Assembly: GCA_029261405.1 (NCBI GenBank)
Contig: JAJDBK010000057.1
Span: 1,906-65,905 of the forward strand
Source of the DNA: Nitrospinaceae bacterium
Lineage (GTDB): Bacteria; Nitrospinota_A; UBA7883; JAJDBK01
Direction of reading: 5' to 3'
DNA: 64,000 nt
In this document: in pieces, positions 48,668 through 59,421 of the stretch
Layout of the letters: the number at the start of each line of letters is the position of its first letter
How positions within the stretch are numbered: the stretch's first letter is position 1
Program-made: the position numbers and the translations under genes
The notes under the pieces: model-generated
Databases searched by the model: none
What the model was told of the DNA's origin: nothing
Seen by the model: the letters and a program-made list of their open reading frames with translations, nothing else

Positions 48668-49669
48668 CAGTTCACCTTCTAGTCGTGAAACTATTCTCAA
48701 GCCACCTACTGTGGACCTTATTGTCACCCGTCCTTCGATCCCTTCGACGACCTCTCCGATAATCGCCGAGTCTTCTCCCTCCGGGTGGGATCGCATGATG
48801 GAGAGCGTTTTTTCCGTCTCCCGAGCCGGGACAAAAACCGTCATCTTCCCTTCGTTTGCCACCATCAACGGATCGAGGCCAAGGATTTCACACGCCGCCA
48901 TCACCTCCCGTTTCACCGGTATCGCCGACTCGTCCAGCCGGATCGACACCTTTGAACTTTCGGCAATTTCAACCATTGATGTCGCCAGCCCACCACGGGT
49001 CGGATCGCGCATGACATGAATATTAATCCCGGCTGAAACGAGGTTTGCAACCATATGGTTGAGGGAAGCGGTATCACTTCTGACGAGGGATGTCAGTCTG
49101 AAATCCTCCCTCGCAAGCATTACCGCTGAACCGTGATCGCCAACAGCGCCGTTGATTATCACCACATCCCCCACCGTCGCGTTTGTAGCGGAAATATTCA
49201 GATCGGAGCGAGCCACACCTATTCCGGCTGTGTTGATGAAAATTTTATCGCACGATCCACGAGGCGTTACTTTCGTATCTCCGCAGACGATTTTTACCCC
49301 CGCTTTTATGGCCGCTTTGCCTGCGGATGTGACCACTTTTGCGAGGTCGTCCATCGGCAGACCCTCCTCCAGTATCAGGGCGAGGCTGAGCGCCACCGGT
49401 TGCGCCCCGCGCATGGCCAGATCGTTCACTGTGCCATTCACCGAAAGGTCGCCGATGTCACCCCCCGGAAAAATGATCGGATCAACAACATAACTGTCGG
49501 TGGAAAAGAACATCTCACCATCAACCTGCGCGATGGAACTTGCGTCCTCCAGCGCGCCTTCAACAATACTATCTCCGAGAGCCGGAATAACGACCTTTTC
49601 GATAAGGCGCTGACTCATGCGACCGCCGGAGCCGTGCCCCAGCAGAACCATCTCGTCCCGTTGTTTCAT
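48650..49669 (-). CDS. hypE: Hydrogenase maturation protein HypE
   Basis: HGSGG, TDSYVV.P.IFPGGDIG, RDPTRGG, C-terminal LPRIC. Confidence 0.98.
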   Translation of the reverse strand: MKQRDEMVLLGHGSGGRMSQRLIEKVVIPALGDSIVEGALEDASSIAQVDGEMFFSTDSYVVDPIIFPGGDIGDLSVNGTVNDLAMRGAQPVALSLALILEEGLPMDDLAKVVTSAGKAAIKAGVKIVCGDTKVTPRGSCDKIFINTAGIGVARSDLNISATNATVGDVVIINGAVGDHGSAVMLAREDFRLTSLVRSDTASLNHMVANLVSAGINIHVMRDPTRGGLATSMVEIAESSKVSIRLDESAIPVKREVMAACEILGLDPLMVANEGKMTVFVPARETEKTLSIMRSHPEGEDSAIIGEVVEGIEGRVTIRSTVGGLRIVSRLEGELLPRIC

Positions 49670-50766
49670 ACAGTCTGGTGTCCATATTTGTAGGCCGCCG
49701 AGCAGGTTCCTTCGGAGGAGACCATACAGGCGCCTATAGGGGTTTCAGGGGTGCAGGCGTTTCCGAATATCCTGCAATCGGCTGGTTCTTTAAGCCCTCT
49801 GAGGATTTCACCGCAAAGGCACGCCTTGTTCTCTTTTACATCGGGGAAGGTGATGGAGAATTTTATTGCCGCATCGTATCGGGAGTAGGCGGGAGCGATG
49901 GAAAGGCCGCTATCGGGAATATCTCCCAGACCGCGCCAGCGGGCGGACGATTTGACAAAAACAGTATTAAGTGTCTCCTGAGCTTTCCGGTTCCCCTCCG
50001 GTCGCACGACCCTGCGATATTGATTCTCCACCTCCGCCCGTCCATCCACAATCTGTTTACAGAGCATGGTCACACCTTGCAGGATGTCGAGCGGTTCAAA
50101 ACCTGTAATAACACACGGGATCTTCCGTTTGGCCACCAGTGGTCGATACCCCTCCTCCCCTATGATAGCCGAGACGTGGGCGGGGCAGATGTAACCGTCT
50201 ATCTTAAGCTCCCCTTCGGTAAGGGCGTCCATCGGTTCAGGCATGACCTTGTGCGCTGTCAGCGCTGAAAAGTTTTTTACACCATCCCGCTCGGCTGTGA
50301 GGATAGCCACAGCCACCGTCGGCGCTGTTGTCTCGAATCCGACACCCAGAAAGACAAACTCCCGACCATGCTCCTTTTCGGCCATGGCAACTGCGTCGAT
50401 CGGGGAGTATACGATCCTGATATCGGCGCCCTTCGCCCGTTCTCTGGCCAGCGTGGAGTTCGACCCGGGAACTCTGGCCATGTCTCCGAAGGTCACGATA
50501 ACGATATCATTCCTGTGAGAGAGAGATATGGCGGCATCGACGTAACCCATGGGGGTGACACATACGGGACAGCCTGGTCCCGACACCAGCCTTACGTTAT
50601 CGGGAACATAAGCCGATTTAAGACCATGCCTGTATATGGCCATGGTGTGGGTGCCACACACCTCCATTAATGTTATGGGACGAGGCAGTTTTTTCGATGT
50701 CAATCGCAACTTTACCGCCAGGCTTTCAGCAAGTTCCCGGTCCCGGAAAGCGTCAAGATATTTCAT
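49666..50766 (-). CDS. hypD: Hydrogenase maturation protein HypD
   Basis: MEVCGTHT, GPGCPVC, GFETTAP, PAHV, CMVSSEG.C. Confidence 0.98.
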   Translation of the reverse strand: MKYLDAFRDRELAESLAVKLRLTSKKLPRPITLMEVCGTHTMAIYRHGLKSAYVPDNVRLVSGPGCPVCVTPMGYVDAAISLSHRNDIVIVTFGDMARVPGSNSTLARERAKGADIRIVYSPIDAVAMAEKEHGREFVFLGVGFETTAPTVAVAILTAERDGVKNFSALTAHKVMPEPMDALTEGELKIDGYICPAHVSAIIGEEGYRPLVAKRKIPCVITGFEPLDILQGVTMLCKQIVDGRAEVENQYRRVVRPEGNRKAQETLNTVFVKSSARWRGLGDIPDSGLSIAPAYSRYDAAIKFSITFPDVKENKACLCGEILRGLKEPADCRIFGNACTPETPIGACMVSSEGTCSAAYKYGHQTV

Positions 50767-50986
50767 CGTCTGTCTTCTCTAAAATCTCCCGCATGAGCGA
50801 AAGAGTCTTCTCCGCCTCCGCCCCGTCCATCCGGGCGATGGCAAGGCCAGCGTGGGCCATGATGTAGTCGCCGATCTTCACGTCATCGAGAGCCATGAGG
50901 CTGACCGATTTACGGACTCCATCGATCTCGGCTACGCAGGAAAATTCCGATATCCCTACAACTTTCATCGGTACCGCGACACACAT
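50753..50986 (-). CDS. hypC: HypC chaperone
   Basis: MCVAVP, GDY..HAG.A. Confidence 0.96.
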   Translation of the reverse strand: MCVAVPMKVVGISEFSCVAEIDGVRKSVSLMALDDVKIGDYIMAHAGLAIARMDGAEAEKTLSLMREILEKTDDEIS

Positions 50987-51004
50987 TTTTTTATTTCCTC
51001 TTGT

Positions 51005-53278
51005 TTACATTCGTCGGGCGGCGACAATAGCCTGTCCAAGACTTATCCCGCCATCGTTCGGAGGCACTCTTCCGTGCCGCAACACTTTAAATCCGCTATT
51101 TGTGAGACGTGAACCGAGCGTATCGGAAAGATACCTGTTCTGGAAACATCCGCCACTTAAAACCAGACGCGACAGACCACTTGCGCCACGAATCTGTTGC
51201 GCCATTCTGAACGCGCCTTCCACAACGGTATTGTGGAAACGGGTAGCCATCACACCTGGTGGGGTTTTGGCAAGTATGTCGGCTATCACGCCTCTGAAAG
51301 CTGGACGGAACGAGAGATTCATCCTGTTACCTTTTTCCTCGATGTCTACAGGGTAACCGCATTCCACCTCCGGCTCAACGAGAGCTTCAAGGGCCATGAC
51401 CGGCTGGCCTTCAAAACCGGCATTGACACATAATCCCATAAGGACCGCCGCCACATCAAAAACCCTTCCGGCGCCGTGCGAAAGAGGGGTGTTGATCCCC
51501 TTGTGGTACATTCTCAAAACAGCCCGCCTCGTCTCTTCCGGTATCGACTGAACCCAGGGGGCGTTTTGCAGTGGATGGTCTTCGCCGTAAAGCTCGTCAA
51601 TAAGAGCGATGGCGATCCGCCACGGTTCTTTTATCGCCCGGTCACCACCCGGCAGGGGGAGCGGATCAATTGCGCCAGCCCGGACAAAACCTTCGGCGCT
51701 ACCTGTAAGAAATTCACCACCCCATATGGCGCCATCGTCTCCGTAACCTGTGCCGTCGAAGACAATGCCGATACTCTCGCCCTCAAGCGCCCCTCTTTCA
51801 ACCAATGCGGAGACGAAGTGGGCGTGATGATGCTGAACCGGAACAAGAACCGCCGACCCGTATCTCTCCTTCGCCAACCTCCCCCCCGCCGAATCGGGAT
51901 GTTTGTCGAAAGCGACCACCTGCGGCTGACCTGCGTCGATCAGTTTCATAAATCGATCCAGTGAAGACTCAAGATAGGTAATGGACCGCTCCCACGAAAG
52001 GTCGCCGATATGCTGGCTGATAAAAGCCTGGTCGTCCTTGATGACGCAGAATGTGTTTTTCAGGTCCCCCCCCATGGCAAGCGTCGGAGGGTAGGCCTTG
52101 TCGAGCAGAATAGGCGTTGGTGTATAACCGCGCGACCTCCGTATTATCACAGGACCGTGGGTCATCGGCAGTTCCACCGAATCGTCGGTTCTGTGTTCTA
52201 TCGCCCGGTCGTGGGTAAGGTAAGCGTCGGCAATACCGGAAAGACCAGCCCTCGCCTCCTCTTCGGTATGTACGATCGGATCGTCAGAAAGGTTCGCCGA
52301 TGTCATGACAAGAGCGGTAAAACCCCCCTCCCGCAATATCAGGTGATGAAGAGGTGTGTAGGGGAGCATGATACCGAACCGTCCGCAACCGGGGGCCACT
52401 CCGGGCAAAGAGAACGTGTCGAGTTTTTCAGCAAGAACAATCGGATGGGGAACAGATTCCATCAGCCCGGCGGTAAAAGTGTCGATCCTTGCGATGGTTT
52501 TTGCTGTGGCGAGGTCAGAAACCATTAGCGCGAACGGTTTTTCGTCCCGTTTTTTCCGGCGACGCAATCGGTTTACCGCAGATTCGTTGTTGGCGTCTAC
52601 CGCAAGGTGATATCCGCCGATCCCTTTTGTCGCCACAATACCGCCATCGGCAATGGCTGTTACGCCAGCTTTAACAGAATCGACTCCCGCGACCGGTTCA
52701 AACCTCTCATCCCGGAATACCAGTGTCGGCCCGCACTCCGGGCAAGCTACAGGCTGAGCGTGGAACCGGCGCTCCTCCGGGTTCTCATACTCCTCCCGGC
52801 ACTTCTTGCACAGCTTGAAGTCAGCCATAGTTGTATTCGGACGATCATAAGGAACATCGAGGACAATGCTGTAACGGGGACCGCAGTTGGCGCAGTTTGT
52901 AAAGGGGTAGCGATAGCGGCGGTCCGAAGGGTCAAAAAGCTCAGTCAGGCAATCGGGGCATACATCGCAGTCGGGTGATATCAGAGCCGACCTCTCCACG
53001 CTTGATTCGCTTTTTTCGATAATAAAACCGCTCTCCCCACGCTCCTCTTTATCTTCTGACTCTACGGAAACGATATGAGCCAACGGAGGGGTTTTTGTGA
53101 CGAGATCGTTCCCGAATCTGTCGATAGCCTCCGCCGACCCCTCGACATGAATAAAAACTCCCCTGCCGTTATTTAAAACTCCCCCCGACAGATTCCTCTC
53201 CCTGGCGATCCGGTAGACAAACGGACGAAACCCGACCCCCTGCACAATACCGGTAACAGAAAACTCCCTACGAGCCAT
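51005..53278 (-). CDS. hypF: Carbamoyltransferase HypF
   Basis: GIVQGVGFRPFV, zinc fingers, KGIGGYHL, QHHHAH, DGTGYG, PPNDGGISLGQ. Confidence 0.98.
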   Translation of the reverse strand: MARREFSVTGIVQGVGFRPFVYRIARERNLSGGVLNNGRGVFIHVEGSAEAIDRFGNDLVTKTPPLAHIVSVESEDKEERGESGFIIEKSESSVERSALISPDCDVCPDCLTELFDPSDRRYRYPFTNCANCGPRYSIVLDVPYDRPNTTMADFKLCKKCREEYENPEERRFHAQPVACPECGPTLVFRDERFEPVAGVDSVKAGVTAIADGGIVATKGIGGYHLAVDANNESAVNRLRRRKKRDEKPFALMVSDLATAKTIARIDTFTAGLMESVPHPIVLAEKLDTFSLPGVAPGCGRFGIMLPYTPLHHLILREGGFTALVMTSANLSDDPIVHTEEEARAGLSGIADAYLTHDRAIEHRTDDSVELPMTHGPVIIRRSRGYTPTPILLDKAYPPTLAMGGDLKNTFCVIKDDQAFISQHIGDLSWERSITYLESSLDRFMKLIDAGQPQVVAFDKHPDSAGGRLAKERYGSAVLVPVQHHHAHFVSALVERGALEGESIGIVFDGTGYGDDGAIWGGEFLTGSAEGFVRAGAIDPLPLPGGDRAIKEPWRIAIALIDELYGEDHPLQNAPWVQSIPEETRRAVLRMYHKGINTPLSHGAGRVFDVAAVLMGLCVNAGFEGQPVMALEALVEPEVECGYPVDIEEKGNRMNLSFRPAFRGVIADILAKTPPGVMATRFHNTVVEGAFRMAQQIRGASGLSRLVLSGGCFQNRYLSDTLGSRLTNSGFKVLRHGRVPPNDGGISLGQAIVAARRM

Positions 53279-53930
53279 TTGTCAAATCCCGCAGGAACTG
53301 ATACCACTCCTCCAGCCCGGCGCCGCTTTTAGCCGACAGCCTGAAACGTTTCTGCGCAGGGTTAACCTTGCGGGCGTACTCCATAGCCTGATCCGGATCG
53401 AAATCGAGATAAGGTAAAAGATCGGTTTTGGTGAGAACCATTGCGTCGGCCACCCGGAACGCTTTCGGATATTTTACCGGTTTGTCCTCCCCTTCCGTTA
53501 CCGACAGGAGAGTTATCTTCATCTGTTCACCCAGATCGTAAGAAGCCGGACAAACAAGGTTGCCGACATTTTCGATGAAGAGCATATCGACCGATCCGAG
53601 ATCGAGAGTATCGAGCGCCTGAAACGTCATTCCGGCGTCGAGATGGCACGCGCTTTGTGTGTTTATCTGTGTAACGGGAACACCGGTCTCCATGATCCTC
53701 CGGGCGTCATTATCGGTCCGCTGATCCCCTTCAATCACCGCAAACTTTATTTCAGACTTCAGGTCGGTGAGAGTTTTTACCAGCAGGGTGGTTTTCCCGG
53801 CGCCCGGCGAGCTTAGAAGGTTTACGACGATAACCCCCGACTCCTTAAATATCAATTGGTTATTAGCCGCCAGCGCGTCATTCTTCGCCAGAATATCCTT
53901 CTTGACCGTAATAACTCTTGGATCGTTCAT
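53268..53930 (-). CDS. hypB: Nickel-insertion GTPase HypB
   Basis: SSPGAGKTT, CHLDA, ENVGNLVCP, EGEDKP.KYP. Confidence 0.97.
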   Translation of the reverse strand: MNDPRVITVKKDILAKNDALAANNQLIFKESGVIVVNLLSSPGAGKTTLLVKTLTDLKSEIKFAVIEGDQRTDNDARRIMETGVPVTQINTQSACHLDAGMTFQALDTLDLGSVDMLFIENVGNLVCPASYDLGEQMKITLLSVTEGEDKPVKYPKAFRVADAMVLTKTDLLPYLDFDPDQAMEYARKVNPAQKRFRLSAKSGAGLEEWYQFLRDLTNGS

Positions 53931-54265
53931 GAAAGCTCCACACTACGCACCGAAAGCTCCTCCCCTTGCAACAAGCCGGCGGGGCCGCCACAGCCGGGAC
54001 AGAGAAAATAGCGATCCTTCGGCGAAAAGGAATTTTCACATGAGGGACAAGACGCCACCGCTTCTATACTGTTCACCACGAGTTCGCTCCCCGCCACTAT
54101 TTCGCTGGTGGCGCAAGCCTCGTAACAGAAGAGTACCGAATCACTCATAACCCCCGAAAGCTCCCCTATATCGACATTGACCTTAAAAACCTTGTCGGCG
54201 TTCGCCTCTCTCGCCGTCTCCTCGGCTATCTCCACAATGCTCATGGCGATCGACATTTCGTGCAT
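53927..54265 (-). CDS. hypA: Nickel chaperone HypA
   Basis: MHEMSIA, CPSC...CPGC, GEEL. Confidence 0.97.
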   Translation of the reverse strand: MHEMSIAMSIVEIAEETAREANADKVFKVNVDIGELSGVMSDSVLFCYEACATSEIVAGSELVVNSIEAVASCPSCENSFSPKDRYFLCPGCGGPAGLLQGEELSVRSVELS

Positions 54266-54843
54266 TATCCACCGGAAACAGGCAAGTAGTGTAGCTGTAC
54301 CATACCACCACCAAAACTGTGGTGGCTCACAAACTCCAGGGAATGACGTTTTGTGACCCCGGCGAAAAGCGGGCGCCCTGAGCCGAGGAGAACCGGCGCC
54401 ATAGTCACTATCATCTGATCGATGAGACCAGCATCCATAGCCTGACGAATCAGGTCACCCCCATCAATGTAGACATCCTTTTCACCAGCCGCCTCACGAG
54501 CCTTGGCTACCATTGACGAGATATCACCCGTAACGGGCGCCACCGAGGATGGCGTCGGATCAAGCGGACGGTGGGTTGCCACCAGAACGGGACGATCACC
54601 GTATGGCCATGCGCCTCCAAATCCTTGTACCACATCGCAGGTTCGCCGCCCCATAAGTAGCGCCCCTACATCACTCATGAATTCCTCGAAGCCAACAACG
54701 CCTCTATCCTGATCGGTCCGCTCACGCTCATTTGCCGATTCAGCCCCGGCTCCGGGTAACCAGGAGAGGTCATCTCCCGGACCGGCGATGAAACCGTCCA
54801 GGGAGCATGCGATATAAACCCGTACACGAGAATTTTCACTCAT
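54265..54843 (-). CDS. Dihydrofolate reductase / RibD C-terminal family protein
   Basis: YIACSLDGFIA, LLMGRRT, YIDGG, PVLLG.G.PLF. Confidence 0.9.
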   Translation of the reverse strand: MSENSRVRVYIACSLDGFIAGPGDDLSWLPGAGAESANERERTDQDRGVVGFEEFMSDVGALLMGRRTCDVVQGFGGAWPYGDRPVLVATHRPLDPTPSSVAPVTGDISSMVAKAREAAGEKDVYIDGGDLIRQAMDAGLIDQMIVTMAPVLLGSGRPLFAGVTKRHSLEFVSHHSFGGGMVQLHYLPVSGG

Positions 54844-55080
54844 GGATACCATTTTACCAAAACAGTTATTTAAATAATCAAAATAAGTCAAAAATTTCAT
54901 CCTGTTTTATTGCTCAATTATTTAAAAGAGCCTATATTCTAACTAAAGAAGGAAGTTTCATAAAAACAATACGTTATGCAAGGATAGACGATCCTGTATA
55001 TCGGGGGGCGGAAAGAGACCCTCCCCCGGATGATACGAAGCGCTGGTCATTTGCAATAAAAGGCGATGGGAATCGGTAAT

Positions 55081-55881
55081 ATGACTTCACACACAGCGTC
55101 TGAAAAAGAAGTTTACGTCTTCGTGCGGGTTCGTTCGATATTTGCCTGCGCAATGCACTGGGTTCTTTTCGTCGCCATCACTGTTCTTATCGTCACAGGG
55201 TTTTATATCGGATACCCCCTTCTTCTCCATGAACATGGGGAGGCTGTGGATATTACGCTCATGGCCGATATAAGGTTTATCCATTTCATGGCCGCCTGGG
55301 CGCTCTTTATCGGGTCGTTGGTAAGGCTCTACCTCTCTTTCACTGTGTCGTGCAACAAGGACTTTCTGCAGTTTATCCCCACTCCCCACAACGTAATATC
55401 CGCAATCAAGCTGGCCTGGTTCTACGTTACGTTGCGTGGTCCGCACGAACATTACCGATTCGTAAACCCGCTTGGCGGAGGGGTGGGCATCTTTACCATG
55501 TGTGTTCTCTTCGCGGTTCAGATGGTGACAGGTCTTGCCATGTATCTTGAAGGCGCCGACCCGTCTATCTGGGGGTGGGCCTTTTTCGTGCGGAACCTTA
55601 GTGAAGATCTGATGGGTGGGAATCAGGGAGTGCGGGTAATACATCATGTTGCGATGTACGCCCTTATGGCGGTTATCGTTATCCATGTCTACATGCAGAT
55701 ATGGAAAAACTCGTTTTTCACAGAAGCTGATATCTCCTCCATCGTCGGAGGTTACAAGATTTTCCCGTACAGTCAGATCGGGCATTTTTCCGACTGGTAC
55801 GGCCTGAACATAAACGAACCCCCGCCGTCAAAAGAAGAGATGACACGGGCGTCCACAGAATCGACAGAGATAAAAATATAA
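55081..55881 (+). CDS. Ni/Fe-hydrogenase b-type cytochrome subunit (copy 1)
   Basis: MHW, TGFYI, RFIHF, NPL, RVIHH, IHVY, ISSIVGGYK. Confidence 0.88.
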   Translation: MTSHTASEKEVYVFVRVRSIFACAMHWVLFVAITVLIVTGFYIGYPLLLHEHGEAVDITLMADIRFIHFMAAWALFIGSLVRLYLSFTVSCNKDFLQFIPTPHNVISAIKLAWFYVTLRGPHEHYRFVNPLGGGVGIFTMCVLFAVQMVTGLAMYLEGADPSIWGWAFFVRNLSEDLMGGNQGVRVIHHVAMYALMAVIVIHVYMQIWKNSFFTEADISSIVGGYKIFPYSQIGHFSDWYGLNINEPPPSKEEMTRASTESTEIKI

Positions 55882-55912
55882 CCGAAATTGGAGAAGAGGA
55901 AGGGAGGATCGC

Positions 55913-57046
55913 ATGTGCCGGACCAGTAACGGGCTGATGTCAGCCACACCCGATAACCGGTTGGGTGAGCTAAACAGACTCGACCGACGAGGTTTCATGG
56001 TTTTCTGCGCCCAGATAGCGGCTATTCTAGGTCTGGCTCCATCGTTCATCCCGAAAATCGCGGAAGCTATCGAAGGGGGAGCGCGCAGACCATCGGTGAT
56101 CTGGTTGCACTTTGCAGAGTGTACCGGCGACTCGGAGGCGTTTATCCGCTCCACCTACCCCTCCATCGAAGATCTTGTTTTAAACATCCTCTCCATCGAT
56201 TATCACGAAACGATAATGACAACGTCGGGACACGCCGCCGAGGCGGCCCTTGCGCAGGCCATGAAAGATAACAAGGGGAAATATATCGTTGTCTGCGAAG
56301 GCGCCATACCGACCGGGACACCTCCGGGTCCGGCGGGAAAACCGGGCGACTTTCTGACCATCGGCGGCAAGACCGGAATCGACCTTGCCCGTGAGGTCTG
56401 CGCCGACGCCGGGGCCGTGGTCTGCGTAGGAACATGCTCAAGTTTCGGTGGTGTTCAGGCTCAAAGACCAAACCCGACAGGCGCCAAGGGAGTAGAAGAC
56501 GCTATCGGAGTTCCAACCCTAAAGATTCCCGGTTGCCCGCACAACGTTGTCAACTCTGTTGCGACGATAGTCAACTTCCTCCTGCTCGGTTCCTTGCCGA
56601 AGACCGACAGGCTCGGTCGTCCCCTCTTTGCATACGGGAAGAGGATTCACGACAACTGTCCCCGCAGAGCCCACTTTGACGCAGGTCAGTTTGTTGAAAA
56701 ATTTGGCGACAAAGCCTCTCAGGATAAATGGTGTCTCTACAAGGTCGGTTGCAAAGGCCCACAGACCTACCACAACTGCGCCTGGGTCGAATATAACGAC
56801 AACACCTCCTGGCCCATCAAGGGGGGGCATGGTTGCATCGGCTGTTCGGAGCCACAGTTCTGGGACAACATGCAACCGTTCTACGAGCGTCTGCCGAACG
56901 TGACTCTGCCGGGGGTGGAGACCACAGCGGATAGACTCGGTTTCGGACTGGTGGGAGCCGCCACAGCCGGAGTGGCCGCCCACGCGGCTTACACTTTCAT
57001 CAACCGGAAAAAATTCGACGACACCCTTAAAGAAGAAGGTGAATGA
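55913..57046 (+). CDS. Group 1 [NiFe] hydrogenase small subunit (Tat, C-terminal anchor)
   Basis: DRRGFM Tat motif; ECTGDSE, GTCSSFGG, PGCP, HDNC, CLYKVGCKGP, CIGCSEP. Confidence 0.95.
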   Translation: MCRTSNGLMSATPDNRLGELNRLDRRGFMVFCAQIAAILGLAPSFIPKIAEAIEGGARRPSVIWLHFAECTGDSEAFIRSTYPSIEDLVLNILSIDYHETIMTTSGHAAEAALAQAMKDNKGKYIVVCEGAIPTGTPPGPAGKPGDFLTIGGKTGIDLAREVCADAGAVVCVGTCSSFGGVQAQRPNPTGAKGVEDAIGVPTLKIPGCPHNVVNSVATIVNFLLLGSLPKTDRLGRPLFAYGKRIHDNCPRRAHFDAGQFVEKFGDKASQDKWCLYKVGCKGPQTYHNCAWVEYNDNTSWPIKGGHGCIGCSEPQFWDNMQPFYERLPNVTLPGVETTADRLGFGLVGAATAGVAAHAAYTFINRKKFDDTLKEEGE

Positions 57047-58710
57047 TCATGGGCGAACGGCACGTTATCGATCCGATTACCCGGATCGAAGGACACCTCA
57101 GAATCGAAGTGGAGCTTGAAAACGGGAAGGTGAAAGACGCCTGGAGTAGCGGCACGTTGTGGCGCGGATTCGAGGTCTTTCTGCAAGGTCGTGATCCGCG
57201 TGACGCATGGATAATCACTCAGCGGGTCTGTGGTGTATGCACCACCGTTCATGCGCTGGCGTCGGTAAAATGTGTCGAGAACGCCGCTGGAATTCAGATA
57301 CCCGATAACGCCCGGTTGATCCGCAATCTGATTATGGGCGCACAGTATCTGCACGATCATCCTGTCCATTTCTACCACCTGCACGCCCTCGATTGGGTCG
57401 ATGTGGTCTCCTCTCTATCGGCGGACCCGAAAGCCACAAGCGCCCTTGCCAACAAGATGAATCCGAACGCTCCGAAAAGTGGTCCGGGCGACTTTAAAGT
57501 GGTTCAGGAGAAGATCAAAAAGTTCGTACAGTCGGGACAGCTCGGTCCGTTCACCAACGGATACTGGGGGCATAAGGCGTACAAACTGCCGCCGGAAGCG
57601 AACCTTATGGCGGTCTCCCACTACCTCGACGCCCTTGCCATGCAGAGCGGGATAGCGAGGATGCAGGCCGTTTTCGGCGCCAAGAATCCGCATATACAGA
57701 CCTACACCGTAGGGGGCGTCACCTGCATAAACGACCTTAACGCCAATCGGATCAGTGAGTTTCTCTTTATCCTGAAAGAAGCTAAAGAGTTTATCGACAA
57801 CGTCTATATCCCCGATGTCCTGGCGGTAGCGCCATTCTATCTCGACTGGGCCTCCATCGGTGGAGGTTTGTCCGACTACCTCTCCTACGGCATGTTCCCG
57901 CAGAACGGCGGAGCGGAGCCTGATAATCTCTGGTTCCCGCGAGGTATAGTTCGTAACCGCGACCTGTCACAGGTCCACCCTGTGGATGAGAAGAAAATCA
58001 CAGAAGATGTCACCCACTCCTGGTACAAGTATGACGGAGTGAATCCTTTGCATCCGGGTAAAGGTGAGACAAAACCCTGGTTTACAGGTATCGAAACGGC
58101 CAATAACGGCAAATATAGCTGGCTCAAAACACCTCGCTACGAAGGAAGCGCCATGGAAGTTGGCCCCCTTGCGAGGATGCTGGTCAACTATGCGTCGGGA
58201 CACAAATCGACCAAAGCCAATGTCGGCTGGTTGTTAGGTCAGCTCGGTGTAGGGCCAGAGGTTCTCTTCTCCACCCTCGGACGGACAGCGGCCCGCGCTG
58301 TGGAGACAAAAATCATCGCAGACCAGATGGAGTCGTGGATTATTGAACTGCTCGGCAACCTCAAAAAAGGCGACCTTGATATCTGCGTAGACTATCCCGC
58401 TCCACAGTCGGCAAAAGGATTCGGCATGACCGAAGCGCCTCGTGGCGCGTTGGGTCATTGGATCGAAATCGAGGGGGGCAAGATCAAGAATTATCAACTT
58501 GTGGTGCCGACCACCTGGAACGGATCGCCCCGGGACAAGAGCGGTCAACGCTCCTCTTTCGAGCAGGCGCTTATCGGCACTCCGGTGGAAGATCCGAAAC
58601 AGCCGGTGGAGATTCTGCGGACGATCCACTCATTTGATCCGTGTCTCGCCTGCGCTGTCCATATTTTCGATCCGGAGCAAAAAGAGACTTATACGGTCAA
58701 GGCGGTTTAA
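57043..58710 (+). CDS. Group 1 [NiFe] hydrogenase large subunit
   Basis: IDPITRIEGH, L1 RVCGVC, EAPRG.L.HW, L2 DPCLACAVH plus cleavable tail. Confidence 0.97.
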   Translation: MIMGERHVIDPITRIEGHLRIEVELENGKVKDAWSSGTLWRGFEVFLQGRDPRDAWIITQRVCGVCTTVHALASVKCVENAAGIQIPDNARLIRNLIMGAQYLHDHPVHFYHLHALDWVDVVSSLSADPKATSALANKMNPNAPKSGPGDFKVVQEKIKKFVQSGQLGPFTNGYWGHKAYKLPPEANLMAVSHYLDALAMQSGIARMQAVFGAKNPHIQTYTVGGVTCINDLNANRISEFLFILKEAKEFIDNVYIPDVLAVAPFYLDWASIGGGLSDYLSYGMFPQNGGAEPDNLWFPRGIVRNRDLSQVHPVDEKKITEDVTHSWYKYDGVNPLHPGKGETKPWFTGIETANNGKYSWLKTPRYEGSAMEVGPLARMLVNYASGHKSTKANVGWLLGQLGVGPEVLFSTLGRTAARAVETKIIADQMESWIIELLGNLKKGDLDICVDYPAPQSAKGFGMTEAPRGALGHWIEIEGGKIKNYQLVVPTTWNGSPRDKSGQRSSFEQALIGTPVEDPKQPVEILRTIHSFDPCLACAVHIFDPEQKETYTVKAV

Positions 58711-58728
58711 CGAGAGGGAGTAAACCTG

Positions 58729-59421
58729 ATGAAGTCCCATGCGATCTCGTTGCAGAAAAAAGAACTCTATTATGTCAGGAATTTCAGCAACCGTTTCCTG
58801 CACTGGCTGATGTTCTTTTCTGTCCTGGTCCTGATTCCGACCGGATGGTACATAGGCGACCCCACAGCTTTCTACGGGCAAGGAGAGGCTTGGGACAGTT
58901 ATGTTATGGGTTACATTCGGCTGGCCCATTTTCTCGCCGCCATGACCCTCGACATATCAATTATGGTCAGGTTCTACCTCGCTTTTTTCAGCCTCTACCA
59001 TCGGGACTGGTACGAGATTCTCCCCACCCCCAGAAATATCATCGGCGCTTTAAAAGTGGCGGGAAGCTACATAACTTTCAGGAAACCCCCTTTCTATCGT
59101 CATGTCGATCCGTTCGACGGCATACTTTTTCTGCTGTTGCATCTGCTGATGGTTTTCCAGTTGGTAACCGGGTTCCAGCTCTACGTCCACGCCCTCTCCC
59201 CCGACTACTGGTGGGCGCAGATGATACACCTCGGCACCGACTGGATAGAGTGGGTTCTAGGCGGTAACCAGATGGTTCGCCTGACCCATCACATATCGCT
59301 CTGGATAATGATCGCGGGTATCATCGTTCATATATATATACAGGTCGCCAAGACCATCATCTGGCGGGACGGGCATATCACCAGCATCGTGGGCGGCTAT
59401 AAATACCGGGACACCAAATGA
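58729..59421 (+). CDS. Ni/Fe-hydrogenase b-type cytochrome subunit (copy 2)
   Basis: RFLHW, TGWYI, RLAHF, RLTHH, VHIY, ITSIVGGYK. Confidence 0.9.
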   Translation: MKSHAISLQKKELYYVRNFSNRFLHWLMFFSVLVLIPTGWYIGDPTAFYGQGEAWDSYVMGYIRLAHFLAAMTLDISIMVRFYLAFFSLYHRDWYEILPTPRNIIGALKVAGSYITFRKPPFYRHVDPFDGILFLLLHLLMVFQLVTGFQLYVHALSPDYWWAQMIHLGTDWIEWVLGGNQMVRLTHHISLWIMIAGIIVHIYIQVAKTIIWRDGHITSIVGGYKYRDTK

